35,820 nt of DNA from a virus (Duplodnaviria; Caudoviricetes): positions 1 to 35,820 of the IMG/VR virus record IMGVR_UViG_3300010358_000008, one strand, 5' to 3'. Positions 1 through 8,671 of the stretch are shown here, in pieces. The translations under genes were made by a program, and so were the position numbers. The notes under the pieces were generated by a model that worked only from the letters and a program-made list of their open reading frames with translations, was not told where the DNA came from and searched no databases. Within the stretch, counting starts at the first letter, position 1. The number at the start of each line of letters is the position of its first letter.

Positions 1-1958
1 CCGCCTCCACCATGACCGGTTTTCCCAGGGGCCCCGCCTGCGGTAAGAGCGGTGAGCACGGCATGCTGAGGAGGCTTGGAGAGCAGTACCTCTAACGCAC
101 TGCCCTTGGGAGGCTTGGCCGAGAGGGCATCCAGCATGGCTTGAGTGGCCGGGTCACCGGCCTCAGGAGCAGTCGACTTCTTGTGACCACCACCGAACAG
201 ACCATGCCATGCACTAGAGACAGCGTGACCGATCTGATGCCGGAACCCAAATGCGCCAACAGCCAAACCGGCTGCACCAAGTGCTAGTCCAACCGGTAAG
301 CCAGCAACAGTTGCATCCGCAGCAAGACCAGCTTCTTCCAGACCACCAGCAGCAGCAAGAGTGCCAGCTTCTTCGCCTACACCAGCTTCAGCAGCACCCG
401 CACCACCCTTACCAAATAGACCTTTAGCCCCCCTCCACAGGCCACCAATACCCTTGCCAATTCCCTTACCGACCTTGCCAACAATCCCACCTGAGGGGGC
501 CTTGCCCAGCCAGTCACCCAACCGACCAGGGACAATCTTGCCCAATATGTTGCGGACGAAGGGGATCCGGCGAGCCAAACCCAACCCCATGGCTCCCATA
601 CCGATGTCCCCGATGAGGCTGCCACCACCCAGCAGGTTGGTAAAGCCTCCGGGCCCGCCACCGAAGATAGAGCCAAGCGGCCCGGTCGCATTGTTGGCTA
701 GCTGAAGGAGCTTGTCGGCTGCCGTGTTCAGTTTGTCGGCAGCGTTAGCGATGGTGGGCTCTGCCTTGGACTTGAGCCGCTCACCCTGTGACTGCGCCTG
801 TAGCTGCTTGTAAGCCGAGGTATTGAACCCTGCCGCCGCCCTACCACCCTTGGTAGTTACATCAGGGAGAGGGCCGAATTGGCCCTTGTCTCCTCGTGCT
901 GCTTTCGCCATGGCATAGGAGTAGAAGCCCTGAAACTCCGGGCTGGATGGGTCCATGCCCAGGTAAGTGGTCAGGTTGTAGTAGGCGGGGCTACCAGGAG
1001 ACAGGTCAGTCTCAAGCTGTGCCGATGAGGGAGTCTGTCCCCGAAATAACTGCTGAAAAATAGCTTCAAAGTTCTGCTCAGGAGCCTGCGCCTGACCCCA
1101 AGGCCGCAGGGTCATGCCCACGTTGCGAGCCCGGTTCAGGAAGGCGGGCTGCTGCATAAAGTTCTGCGCCTGCATGGCCTGTTGGCGGTTCAAGCCAGGC
1201 ACCATGGTCATCAACTGCTGGGCCCCGGTCTGGAAGGTGCTCCAGTTACGGCCCGCCGTGGTACCAGCCCCGGTGGGAGCAGCCCCCATCTGAGTCATCA
1301 TGTACCAGTTGGATTGGGCGTAGTCCGGGTAGTTCTGCGCCAGTGTGCCCTGAGGCATGACGTAGAACTGGTTGGCCCCGCCCCCGAACCACTGGTTGCC
1401 AAGCTGGCCGATAGTGCCACCCTGGATGGCGTTCGACCACATGCTGCCCGCTGCGTTACCGAGAGCATTGGTGAACGCTCCGGTGGCAGCCGGGATACCA
1501 GCGGTGGCGACGTTGCCCCAGAAGGAGGGCCCCTGTCCGGTCATGGAGCCGGGGTTACCGGCTGCTGCGCTGCCCTGGCTCAGGGTGCGCCACATGCGGG
1601 ACCACCAGCCGCCCTTGGCTGCGGTGCCCAGAGGCTGGCTAGAGGTGCCTGCGTCACCGGTCCCGCCGCCACCCGGATTGGGCGGGTTATCCCACTGACC
1701 TCCCTTTGGTGGAGCTCCACCACCAGGAGCTCCACCAGGAGCTCCACCCCCTGCACCAGCGTTCTGTAGCTGCTGGAGACTGTTCTGTAGCTGCTGGATG
1801 GTGTTGGCGAGCCTGCCGAAGACCCCGGTAGCTTGCGTGTCGAGGTTGCCGAAGGCCGTCGTTACCTTGTCGATGGCCCCAGGGATCTCACCGATGGCAT
1901 CTGCAAATGCTTTTGGTCCGCTGGCATCGAACAGCCCAGCCCCGTAGCCGTCAGCCAT
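1..1958 (-). CDS. Tape measure protein (5' part; runs off left edge)
   Basis: Not in the ORF track. ATG at 1958 overlaps the upstream TGA (TGATG) and translates MADGYGAGLFDASGPKAFADAIGEIPGAIDKVTTAFGNL...; the same frame is open at the left edge (both ends checked). Gly/Ala/Gln-rich and directly downstream of tube and chaperone genes. Confidence 0.75.
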   Translation of the reverse strand, partial: MADGYGAGLFDASGPKAFADAIGEIPGAIDKVTTAFGNLDTQATGVFGRLANTIQQLQNSLQQLQNAGAGGGAPGGAPGGGAPPKGGQWDNPPNPGGGGTGDAGTSSQPLGTAAKGGWWSRMWRTLSQGSAAAGNPGSMTGQGPSFWGNVATAGIPAATGAFTNALGNAAGSMWSNAIQGGTIGQLGNQWFGGGANQFYVMPQGTLAQNYPDYAQSNWYMMTQMGAAPTGAGTTAGRNWSTFQTGAQQLMTMVPGLNRQQAMQAQNFMQQPAFLNRARNVGMTLRPWGQAQAPEQNFEAIFQQLFRGQTPSSAQLETDLSPGSPAYYNLTTYLGMDPSSPEFQGFYSYAMAKAARGDKGQFGPLPDVTTKGGRAAAGFNTSAYKQLQAQSQGERLKSKAEPTIANAADKLNTAADKLLQLANNATGPLGSIFGGGPGGFTNLLGGGSLIGDIGMGAMGLGLARRIPFVRNILGKIVPGRLGDWLGKAPSGGIVGKVGKGIGKGIGGLWRGAKGLFGKGGAGAAEAGVGEEAGTLAAAGGLEEAGLAADATVAGLPVGLALGAAGLAVGAFGFRHQIGHAVSSAWHGLFGGGHKKSTAPEAGDPATQAMLDALSAKPPKGSALEVLLSKPPQHAVLTALTAGGAPGKTGHGGG

Positions 1959-2107
1959 CAGTCCTCATTCACGATCACCTGGATCCAGTGCTGCCGCTCT
2001 GGATGGGGCATGGCTTTGATCTCGGACAGCGTCCAACCAGGGAAGCGTTCCGAGATGCGTTGGTACTGAAGATAAAGGAGGTCGAAGCCGGTGAGGGTAT
2101 TAGCGAA
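1958..2107 (-). CDS. Tail assembly chaperone, frameshift-extended second domain (gpGT/gpE'-like)
   Basis: Frame reads FANTLTGFDLLYLQYQRISERFPGWTLSEIKAMPHPERQHWIQVIVNED*, containing the W-x-L-x-E-I-x-x-M-P-x-x-E-R-x-x-W pattern of chaperone second domains. No usable start codon; fills the gap exactly up to the tape measure ATG. Confidence 0.7.
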   Translation of the reverse strand, partial: FANTLTGFDLLYLQYQRISERFPGWTLSEIKAMPHPERQHWIQVIVNED

Positions 2108-2957
2108 AAATGTCGATCAAGCTGACCTGGTAGTCGGCGTCCCGACCGCACTTTGTGCATGTAACCCCCACCTCCTCCATGCGGGGGCCGGGTTGCCCGT
2201 CCGTTAGAGCTTGTGCAATTGTGCGCCGGTCAGCCATGCTCAGCTTCTGAGCCATGCCACCTGGGACCGGCACCCCATCGATGCTGCGAAGGCAGTGATC
2301 GATAGCGATGGTGGTTTCCTCCGGGCCGGTGCGGCTACCGTCCCCCACGATGTCCAGTTGAGCTCGCCCATTCAGGAGAGCCAACACCGCAGTGCGACCA
2401 TTACGGAGCTCGACACTGATCTCCTGGTGCCGTGGATTCTCCAGCTTCTTCTCAGTGATGCTGTTGAGCTCCACGATGGTGCCAAAGGCCTGGCCGCACA
2501 CTTTGCAGGGGAAGTCAGGCACCTCCCAATCAGTGCCGAAGGTGAGGATGCGGATCGCCAGCATGAGCGCAGCCCGGTCCCCTATCAGCATGCGCTGGAG
2601 CAGAACCGGTGTGGCGTGGAGGTTGCCGATCTCCAGCACACAGCGCTTGAGGATGAGGTCAACCACCTTGGCGACATTGGTGGTCGGGCTCAGGAGCTCC
2701 CGAGCCATGGCCTCCTCGTCGGCCCCACTGATCTCCTTGATCCGGCACTCAGTATGGAGAGCTCCATCCTCATCGAGGAAGCCACCCGGCAACACCACCG
2801 TGTCAGTGGGGAGCGCATCCATCATGGGCACCGAGGAAGCAGTGATCTGGCGTACTGCTTCGTTGGCCCGCATGGGGTCGACAGTCGGGTCGATGACGTT
2901 AGGGTCGGAGGGGTCGATCACTCCTGCCGTCAAGCCCTCTAGGTCACGGAAGGTCAT
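2100..2957 (-). CDS. Tail assembly chaperone (T4 gp26/gp51-like, Zn-binding)
   Basis: Lies between tube and tape measure. ATGA-coupled start at 2957 (MTFRDLEG...). CKVC and CTKC motifs, GDR-x-x-L-x-L-x-IR-x-x-T-F-G motif, ends IDIFR. Confidence 0.7.
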   Translation of the reverse strand: MTFRDLEGLTAGVIDPSDPNVIDPTVDPMRANEAVRQITASSVPMMDALPTDTVVLPGGFLDEDGALHTECRIKEISGADEEAMARELLSPTTNVAKVVDLILKRCVLEIGNLHATPVLLQRMLIGDRAALMLAIRILTFGTDWEVPDFPCKVCGQAFGTIVELNSITEKKLENPRHQEISVELRNGRTAVLALLNGRAQLDIVGDGSRTGPEETTIAIDHCLRSIDGVPVPGGMAQKLSMADRRTIAQALTDGQPGPRMEEVGVTCTKCGRDADYQVSLIDIFR

Positions 2958-3580
2958 ATCTGAATGGCAGCCGGAACGTAGACTCCAGAAGCGTTGGAGG
3001 CCGCAGTGATGAGCTCCCAACCCTCATGGGCCAGAGTCAGCGTCTCGATAAAGACAGCGTTCCCACCGGCTTCCAGATCACTGAAGCTGTAGCCCATAGG
3101 CCAGCAATTCCACACCTGGAAGCGAGCCTTGATGGGCGGGGTGGGCATGGGATCAAGACCCGCAGCACCGTTGCCCTTCGTGACCGGATGCTCCAGCACG
3201 TCGATGGTCACACCGATACGGAAGTTCACTCCTGGCGGGCCGAATCCCCTGCCTACTTGGACTGAGAAGATCTGGCTGAACCAGTGGTATATCTCATTGG
3301 TCCCGGTGGATGAGCCCTCCGATCCTGACGTAATTATGGGGGCTGCCATAAGCCCTCTTGTCAAGGTAATTGGACCGAACTCAGATTGTCCGGGCATCTT
3401 CCTCGTAGTTGTATTGTTCCCACCTTCACGATAAGGAATGACCTCATTGTTGACTGCCAGGCCAGACATAGCCATGAATCCAAGCCGAGCCATAGTGGTC
3501 AAACCAGGGGTGGTGTTGTGAAGATTGACCCTGAACCGGAAGTTCCGTAGAGGATCAGAGTCGATACCTCGTGATGTCAT
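2954..3580 (-). CDS. Tail tube protein (T4 gp19-like)
   Basis: DPLRNFRFRV, GF-x-x-x-SGL, EVIPYREGG, KMPGQSEFGPITLTRG, WP-x-x-Y-x-x-SDL and IETLTLAHEG motifs. SD GAGGAGG. Follows the sheath gene. Confidence 0.92.
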   Translation of the reverse strand: MTSRGIDSDPLRNFRFRVNLHNTTPGLTTMARLGFMAMSGLAVNNEVIPYREGGNNTTTRKMPGQSEFGPITLTRGLMAAPIITSGSEGSSTGTNEIYHWFSQIFSVQVGRGFGPPGVNFRIGVTIDVLEHPVTKGNGAAGLDPMPTPPIKARFQVWNCWPMGYSFSDLEAGGNAVFIETLTLAHEGWELITAASNASGVYVPAAIQI

Positions 3581-3589
3581 GGTTCCTCC

Positions 3590-5215
3590 TCAGGATGTGA
3601 TCGAGGTGCTTTGCCCGCCAGCCCACTGGCCGATCTTGATGACCACAAACTCTGCGGGGTACTCAAGAGCGACGCCAACCTCGACATTAACGATGCCCTG
3701 CTGGATGCTCTGGGGGGTGTTGTTGGTGTTGTCACAAATGATGTAATAGGCCTCCGACGCAGACGTACCGCTGAGCCCACCGCTTTGCCAGAAAGCCATC
3801 AAGAACTGGTTGAGCACCGAACCAATGGAGTTCCAGAGAATCCAATCGTTGGGCTCAAAAACAGCGAATTTGGTCATGGCAACCATCTGCGTCGACAGAT
3901 AGATCAGGCTGCGCTCCACCGACACATAGCGAGTCACCAGGTAGGGCGACAGGGTCCGAGCTCCCCACAGCACCACCCCGGAGCCAGGCACCGAGATGAT
4001 GCAGTTGACGTTGGACTGCGTCAGCAAGCCCTGGTCGTCGTTGGTCAGGGTTGTCTCCAACCCATAGGCTCCCAAGAGCGTGGTCCCCAGGCCCGCTGGA
4101 GCCTTCGCCACCCCCCGGTTGTGATCGGTAGCCATGTAGAGCCCCACCACGAATCCACCAGGCGGCACAAGACGGGTCCGACCCTGTACCGGAGAGTACG
4201 GATCAGCGATGATCACCTGGGGGTAGTAGACCGCTGCCTGGGCACTGGCCGGGATGTTGTTGACGAAGGTGTTGACCATGTCAGAGGGCCCGTAGCCCTG
4301 CGGACAATCCAGCACCACGAAGCCGTCGCCCCGGTTCTGGGCGTAGGCGATGACGTTGCCGATGTCAGTGAAGTTGGGCGGGCCCCCCGTTGCCAGTCCC
4401 GGCATGTTGATCACGAAGGGCTGGTCCGGGTACTTGTCCAGCTGCTGAAGAGCGATCTGCTGATCCTGGAAAGTGATAGCTGCACCGTCAGTACCATTTA
4501 CCAGCGGCGTGGACTGAGAGGTGGCAGCCGGGATGTTCTGCGGAGGAGGAGTGGGCGTGGAGTTCTGCTTTCCAACGTCCACCACGTTGATGTAGTGCGA
4601 GCCGGTGAAGCTGCTGTTGATCACGTCGGGGGCGTACTCAGCGTTTTGCGTCCCACCCACGGTGGCTCCAGTGGGATCCATGGTCATGGGGCCCCACTGC
4701 TCCACCTGATTGATAGGAGAGGAGCCCTGGTACTTCACCCTCAGATAGAAGGTGTTGATCACCCCTGTGGCCGGGTCTGCCTTCCCGTTAAGGATGTCGA
4801 TCCAGATGTTGTCACCCCAGGCTCCGGGACTGATGGCGTTGACCTGCAAGGTGGGCTGCACACCTGAGGTGTTGCTGTCAGCGAAGGTCACCGTTGCCAC
4901 CGTGGCCTTGGACTCAGCCGTCTGCACCGGCAGGGTGCGGACGATCACGGCGGCTGTTCCTCCTGCCGAGAAGTAGCAGTAGACGGCCAGATGCAAGTCG
5001 CTGGGAGGAAACTGCTTCTCAAACCCGCCGTACTTGGCTGTGAAATCCTTCCAGGACGTGACAATGGTGGGCTTGCCGTACCCGGTGGCCGGGTCTACCG
5101 GGCCCCGAGGCGTCCAGCCAACGAAGGCTGCCGACGCCGTCCCCGGTGTGGATGAGACGTAGGTTGGGAATGCCGACTCATCGACGTACACCCCCGGCCT
5201 GCTGAGTGTGACCAT
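3590..5215 (-). CDS. Contractile tail sheath protein
   Basis: Likely start MVTLSRPGVYVDE at 5215 (SD AGGAG). Motifs AFVG-x-x-x-RGP, VPPGGFVVG, KAPAG, LWGARTL, RYVSVER, VFEPN and PAEFVVIKI. Confidence 0.95.
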   Translation of the reverse strand: MVTLSRPGVYVDESAFPTYVSSTPGTASAAFVGWTPRGPVDPATGYGKPTIVTSWKDFTAKYGGFEKQFPPSDLHLAVYCYFSAGGTAAVIVRTLPVQTAESKATVATVTFADSNTSGVQPTLQVNAISPGAWGDNIWIDILNGKADPATGVINTFYLRVKYQGSSPINQVEQWGPMTMDPTGATVGGTQNAEYAPDVINSSFTGSHYINVVDVGKQNSTPTPPPQNIPAATSQSTPLVNGTDGAAITFQDQQIALQQLDKYPDQPFVINMPGLATGGPPNFTDIGNVIAYAQNRGDGFVVLDCPQGYGPSDMVNTFVNNIPASAQAAVYYPQVIIADPYSPVQGRTRLVPPGGFVVGLYMATDHNRGVAKAPAGLGTTLLGAYGLETTLTNDDQGLLTQSNVNCIISVPGSGVVLWGARTLSPYLVTRYVSVERSLIYLSTQMVAMTKFAVFEPNDWILWNSIGSVLNQFLMAFWQSGGLSGTSASEAYYIICDNTNNTPQSIQQGIVNVEVGVALEYPAEFVVIKIGQWAGGQSTSITS

Positions 5216-5216
5216 G

Positions 5217-5975
5217 TCATTCTCCTGCTGTCTGTGATTGGTACTGACCGGGAATAGAGGGGTCCAGAGGATTGCCACTGGTGATGGTGGCGACAGCGGC
5301 GGGACCGTAAACCAGGTCACCGCTCCCCTTGTCAAAAATGCTCAGACCACCCTTGGTTGTCTTGGCAAATACGGTCATGATCACCTGACGTACCCGGATA
5401 TTGGACACCGCTTGCGATGCCCTGATCTCGGTGGGGATGCGGATGTGGTAGATCTGGCGAAAAATCCGCTTGTCGGCTTCCATGCCGTTGGCCCTGCTCA
5501 CGGCCATGACGGTGATGCGGCGCACCGTGCCGCCTGGGCAGTCCATCTGAGCGAAGCGAGCATGCAGTCGGTCCTGGATCAGGTGAGCACTGATCTGACT
5601 GATGTGCTGGTTGATCCGAGCCGAGGCCGTGACGACATAGTCGAAGTCAATCGGGATCGGATAATCCATCATGACCACGTTGTCGAAAGGAATGTCTTGA
5701 AGATAGCGATAACCCGCTGGCACCCAGCCCCGGTGCTCCCGGTCATGCGCTACCTGCTCACCCAGGAAATTTATGATGATGTTCGGGTATGTGAGCCGCC
5801 GCTCCTCACGCTCCGGGTTGTGAAACCACACCGGCACCGGGCGAGGCGTCGGCTCTGGAGCATTCAAGTCGGTGACCGTGATGCCCGAGAGGTGCTGCTT
5901 GAGAGCGAGATCCTCCTCTACATACAGCCCCATGAAGGGCGGGTTGGGCTGGGTGTCGAGGAACATCTGGCTCAT
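5217..5975 (-). CDS. Putative tail terminator / neck (sheath-stabilising) protein
   Basis: Immediately upstream of the sheath gene. VPVWFHNPE...YP-x-I-x-I and PIPIDFDY motifs resemble tail-completion proteins of this phage type. Confidence 0.55.
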   Translation of the reverse strand: MSQMFLDTQPNPPFMGLYVEEDLALKQHLSGITVTDLNAPEPTPRPVPVWFHNPEREERRLTYPNIIINFLGEQVAHDREHRGWVPAGYRYLQDIPFDNVVMMDYPIPIDFDYVVTASARINQHISQISAHLIQDRLHARFAQMDCPGGTVRRITVMAVSRANGMEADKRIFRQIYHIRIPTEIRASQAVSNIRVRQVIMTVFAKTTKGGLSIFDKGSGDLVYGPAAVATITSGNPLDPSIPGQYQSQTAGE

Positions 5976-6355
5976 TGGATGATCGCCTGCTCTGCCAACG
6001 AGTTACAGAAGGCCCCTTCCACGTCCTTGGACTGCTTCGCCATGTCGATCACCACGTCGGACACGGGGTAGATCTGCTCCATCTGGCGAGCCTTGGGCAC
6101 CAGCGGGTGACCGGGCGGCAGGCCCGCCACCACGTTGCCGTCCTCAAAGGTGGTGAGGGCGTTCGCCACGTCGGCGTAGTCAGCCAGGGCACTGTCACTC
6201 ATGATGATCATGTGCATGCGCTCCACCAGGAGCTCGCATGCGGTATGCCCAGCAGCCAGCACGACCTTGGTGTCGGACATCTTTTTGTAGGAGCTCGCCG
6301 CTTTTTTCACAATGGCGAGGTCCGACTTACGGACGCACCTGAACACAGGAGGCAA
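5972..6355 (-). CDS. Hypothetical virion/neck protein
   Basis: ATGA-coupled to the downstream gene. Start reassigned from 6427 to TTG 6355, which has SD GGAGG; the 6427 codon overlaps a likely -10 element. Confidence 0.55.
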   Translation of the reverse strand: MPPVFRCVRKSDLAIVKKAASSYKKMSDTKVVLAAGHTACELLVERMHMIIMSDSALADYADVANALTTFEDGNVVAGLPPGHPLVPKARQMEQIYPVSDVVIDMAKQSKDVEGAFCNSLAEQAIIQ

Positions 6356-6423
6356 ATTTTCCCTCCGAACCTGGGCATTTTCTGGCGGGTACAGCTTGAC
6401 CGGTGATAGCAGACCGGCTAGGG

Positions 6424-6477
6424 CCAAGCGTAGGTCCGGGTGTTCACCGACCCCTGACCACCCAGGCCTAGCCTTGG
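6424..6477. promoter_or_regulatory. Back-to-back divergent promoters forming an imperfect inverted repeat
   Basis: TGAACACCCGGACCTACGCTTGG (minus) versus TGACCACCCAGGCCTAGCCTTGG (plus), 18/23 identical. -10 hexamers TACGCT (6427-6432, minus) and TAGCCT (6469-6474, plus); the latter is 6 nt before GTG 6481. Confidence 0.6.
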
Positions 6478-6480
6478 TCT

Positions 6481-7593
6481 GTGTCAGTAACCGGGCCCGT
6501 CTCCGGGCTGCCCAATCCCTACGACATCACGGCGGGTCAGCCGGGGCAGTATCCCGACACCGACCAAGCGCTGGTCTATCCGCCAGTCAACCCGTCCTCG
6601 ACTCAGCGGATCGCTCAAATGGCCCGCCTGCGTCTGCGGGATCTGCCCCGGCCCTTCATCTGTCGCCAGACCACCAGCGGAGTGGCTTGGCGGTTTGAGC
6701 TCCCGGTGGAGAACATCCACCGGCAGACCATCCAGATAGCCCTCACCGATACCACGGCAGGAGGTACTACTTCTCCTGCTCTGAACGTCGACTACTTCCT
6801 CGATGACCACGGTGGGATCGTCGTCTTCAACGAGGCACCCGCCCAGGGTCTGCTCATGGTGGCCCAGGGCACCTACTACCGGGATCTGCTGCCGCCCGAG
6901 CTCGATCTGTATGTCCGCACGGCCTACATCCAGCACACCTACGGCACCGAACCGATGTCTGACATCGATGGTGGCTACCCGCCTGTTCAGCCGCCGCCCG
7001 TGGCTATGGACGGTCAGCCCGTCAACTATGGCACCCCGGCTCCCATGATGATCAGTGAGGTGGAGGAATACCCCATCTCCATCCTGGTCACCATCATGGC
7101 CCTGTGGGACATGGCGGTCGGGGCGGCGCAGCAGCACGATGTGCACACCCCTGACGGGGTGAGCATCCCGATCAGCCAGACCTTCCAACAGATCACGGCC
7201 ATGATCAACATGCTCCAGGGGCAGTACCTGGCTCTCTCCTCTGCCCTGGGTGTGGGACTCTACCGCATAACACAGAGCCGTCTGCGCCGTATTTCTCGTA
7301 CCACCAAACGACTTGTGCCTCTATACAGGTCGAAGGAGTACGACGATCTGACGTGGCCGCAAAGGGAGATGCCGCAAATAGATGTGACGCAAAAGATGTA
7401 CACCTACCAGGGCACCTGGAGTCCCGACCGGCCCTACAACATCCAGGACTTGGTGGACTTTGAGAACCGTCGCTACGAGGCTCTCCAGCCCAGCACCAAC
7501 ATCAACCCAGTGCGAGACGTGGATCCTACGACCGGCTCTGGCTATTACTGGCGATACACAACCATCAACACAGGGTGGGTGGGCTGGTGGTGA
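6481..7593 (+). CDS. Putative head-to-tail adaptor with C-terminal carbohydrate-binding-like module
   Basis: EEYPISIL...TPDGVSIP...LGVGLYRI...LRRISRTTKRLVPLY pattern as recalled for Bxz1-like adaptors. C-terminus YQGTWSPDRPYNIQDLVDFENRRYEA resembles ChtBD3/CBM5-12. Confidence 0.55.
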   Translation: MSVTGPVSGLPNPYDITAGQPGQYPDTDQALVYPPVNPSSTQRIAQMARLRLRDLPRPFICRQTTSGVAWRFELPVENIHRQTIQIALTDTTAGGTTSPALNVDYFLDDHGGIVVFNEAPAQGLLMVAQGTYYRDLLPPELDLYVRTAYIQHTYGTEPMSDIDGGYPPVQPPPVAMDGQPVNYGTPAPMMISEVEEYPISILVTIMALWDMAVGAAQQHDVHTPDGVSIPISQTFQQITAMINMLQGQYLALSSALGVGLYRITQSRLRRISRTTKRLVPLYRSKEYDDLTWPQREMPQIDVTQKMYTYQGTWSPDRPYNIQDLVDFENRRYEALQPSTNINPVRDVDPTTGSGYYWRYTTINTGWVGWW

Positions 7594-7718
7594 CCTACTG
7601 GTGGCGTCCCTACATGGCCTGGGGCCGACGACAGTTCTCAGTTGGCATCCGGCGTCGTCGCCGGGACCGGATCCAGCCCGAGTACCGCTACTTCCGTATA
7701 GAAAATGGGTGGTGGTAG
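7590..7718 (+). CDS. Small Arg/Trp-rich protein (42 aa)
   Basis: GTGA-coupled to the upstream stop. MTYWWRPYMAWGRRQFSVGIRRRRRDRIQPEYRYFRIENGWW*; its TAG is directly followed by the next ATG. Below the ORF-track cutoff. Confidence 0.5.
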   Translation: MTYWWRPYMAWGRRQFSVGIRRRRRDRIQPEYRYFRIENGWW

Positions 7719-8219
7719 ATGTACACACCGGCTTGGTATTCCAAGGATCGTCTCATCCGCATCAACGAGGTGATGAAGGGGTATCAGCGTGTATGGGGCG
7801 AAAGCGTCCTGTGGTTTGAGTACGACGCCATGGATGCTACCAAGCACCAGGTATACGACGAGGGCCCCAGCCGGGTGTGGTACCCGCCCGTGGTGCTGCC
7901 AGTGATGTTCCTGGACTTCCGCCAGGATGATCCCGAGAATGTGGAGGAGGGCTTCTACGTCCTCTCCACTGCCTCCATCGTGTTCCAGGTCACCGAGGCT
8001 GTGGACCGCTTCCAGATCAACCCGTTGTCAACGGCGGCACACTTTAGGGACCGCTTCTCCTACGACAACATCGTGTACCGGGTCACGAAATATGAGAAGC
8101 AAGGCTTTGTTCATGGCACCTATTTAACGGTGTCTGCGCTGGGCGAACAGGTCAAGGGTGAAGAGGTGGTGAATGACGCTCAGCAACAGGACTTCTTCGT
8201 ACAGACTTTGACATGGTGA
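7719..8219 (+). CDS. Putative head-to-tail stopper / head closure protein
   Basis: Follows the adaptor. VLWFEYD...VYDEG...W-x-x-P...EGFY...DRF-x-Y-x-x-x-VYRV pattern; typical size. Confidence 0.5.
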   Translation: MYTPAWYSKDRLIRINEVMKGYQRVWGESVLWFEYDAMDATKHQVYDEGPSRVWYPPVVLPVMFLDFRQDDPENVEEGFYVLSTASIVFQVTEAVDRFQINPLSTAAHFRDRFSYDNIVYRVTKYEKQGFVHGTYLTVSALGEQVKGEEVVNDAQQQDFFVQTLTW

Positions 8220-8671
8220 CCACGCTGCATGACTTCAACCTGAGTGCGGGGGCCGACTGGCAGAAGGTCATACGCCTGCGGGATGTGATCACTCAGAAAC
8301 TGGTACCGCTGGCCGGTGCCGTCATGGAGATCCGCAATACCAACAACGTCCTGGCCTTACGCCTCGATGCCCCCAGCAGCCGGTGCTACATCCTGCCTGA
8401 CGGGGCGTCCATCCAGCTACACATCCCGGCCCAGGACAGTTACACCTACTTCCACTCAGGCAATTATCCCGGTGCCGTCCAAGCGGTAGGACTGTGGGGC
8501 ATTAGCCGAGCCTACGTCTATGACCTGTTCGTGCTCTATGACAACAACGGAGCTCAAGACCGCATCATGCGGGGCTGGTTCTACGTCGATCCCAACATCA
8601 CCCAGCCCCTCGATCCAGAGATGAACTATGCGCTCGCCATCGGGCAGAGAGGTAGCTGGTCGCAGCAATGA
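8213..8671 (+). CDS. Virion structural protein (Ig-like fibre-attachment/BppU-like)
   Basis: GADW-x-x-x-I-x-L-x-D...MEIR...YVYDL...RIMRG-x-F-x-V-x-P pattern common in small beta-sandwich phage proteins that precede fibres. Confidence 0.45.
   Translation: MVTTLHDFNLSAGADWQKVIRLRDVITQKLVPLAGAVMEIRNTNNVLALRLDAPSSRCYILPDGASIQLHIPAQDSYTYFHSGNYPGAVQAVGLWGISRAYVYDLFVLYDNNGAQDRIMRGWFYVDPNITQPLDPEMNYALAIGQRGSWSQQ

Noticed and set aside
92-1769. Several listed ORFs (361-705, 1182-1769, 1372-1698 and others)
   Set aside because: Antisense or off-frame shadows of the tape measure gene, typical of high-GC DNA.
1709-1800. Short direct repeats (GGAGCTCCACCA; CTGTAGCTGCTGGA)
   Set aside because: They encode GGAP and QQLQN low-complexity repeats within the tape measure protein.
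1975-2160. Listed 61-aa ORF as the -1 frameshift product of the tail chaperone
   Set aside because: Ser-rich, implausible peptide with no chaperone motif and no X XXY YYZ heptamer; the +1 frame carries the conserved motif and couples to the tape measure start.
2100-5975. Extracellular contractile injection system or tailocin
   Set aside because: Capsid, portal, terminase and a full replication module are present, so this is a phage tail.
3611-6071. Long plus-strand ORFs of 418 and 277 aa
   Set aside because: Antisense shadows of the sheath and neck genes with no recognisable motifs.
7716-7721. Genome-wide TAG recoding
   Set aside because: Core genes are uninterrupted in the standard code and many end in TAG at sensible positions.
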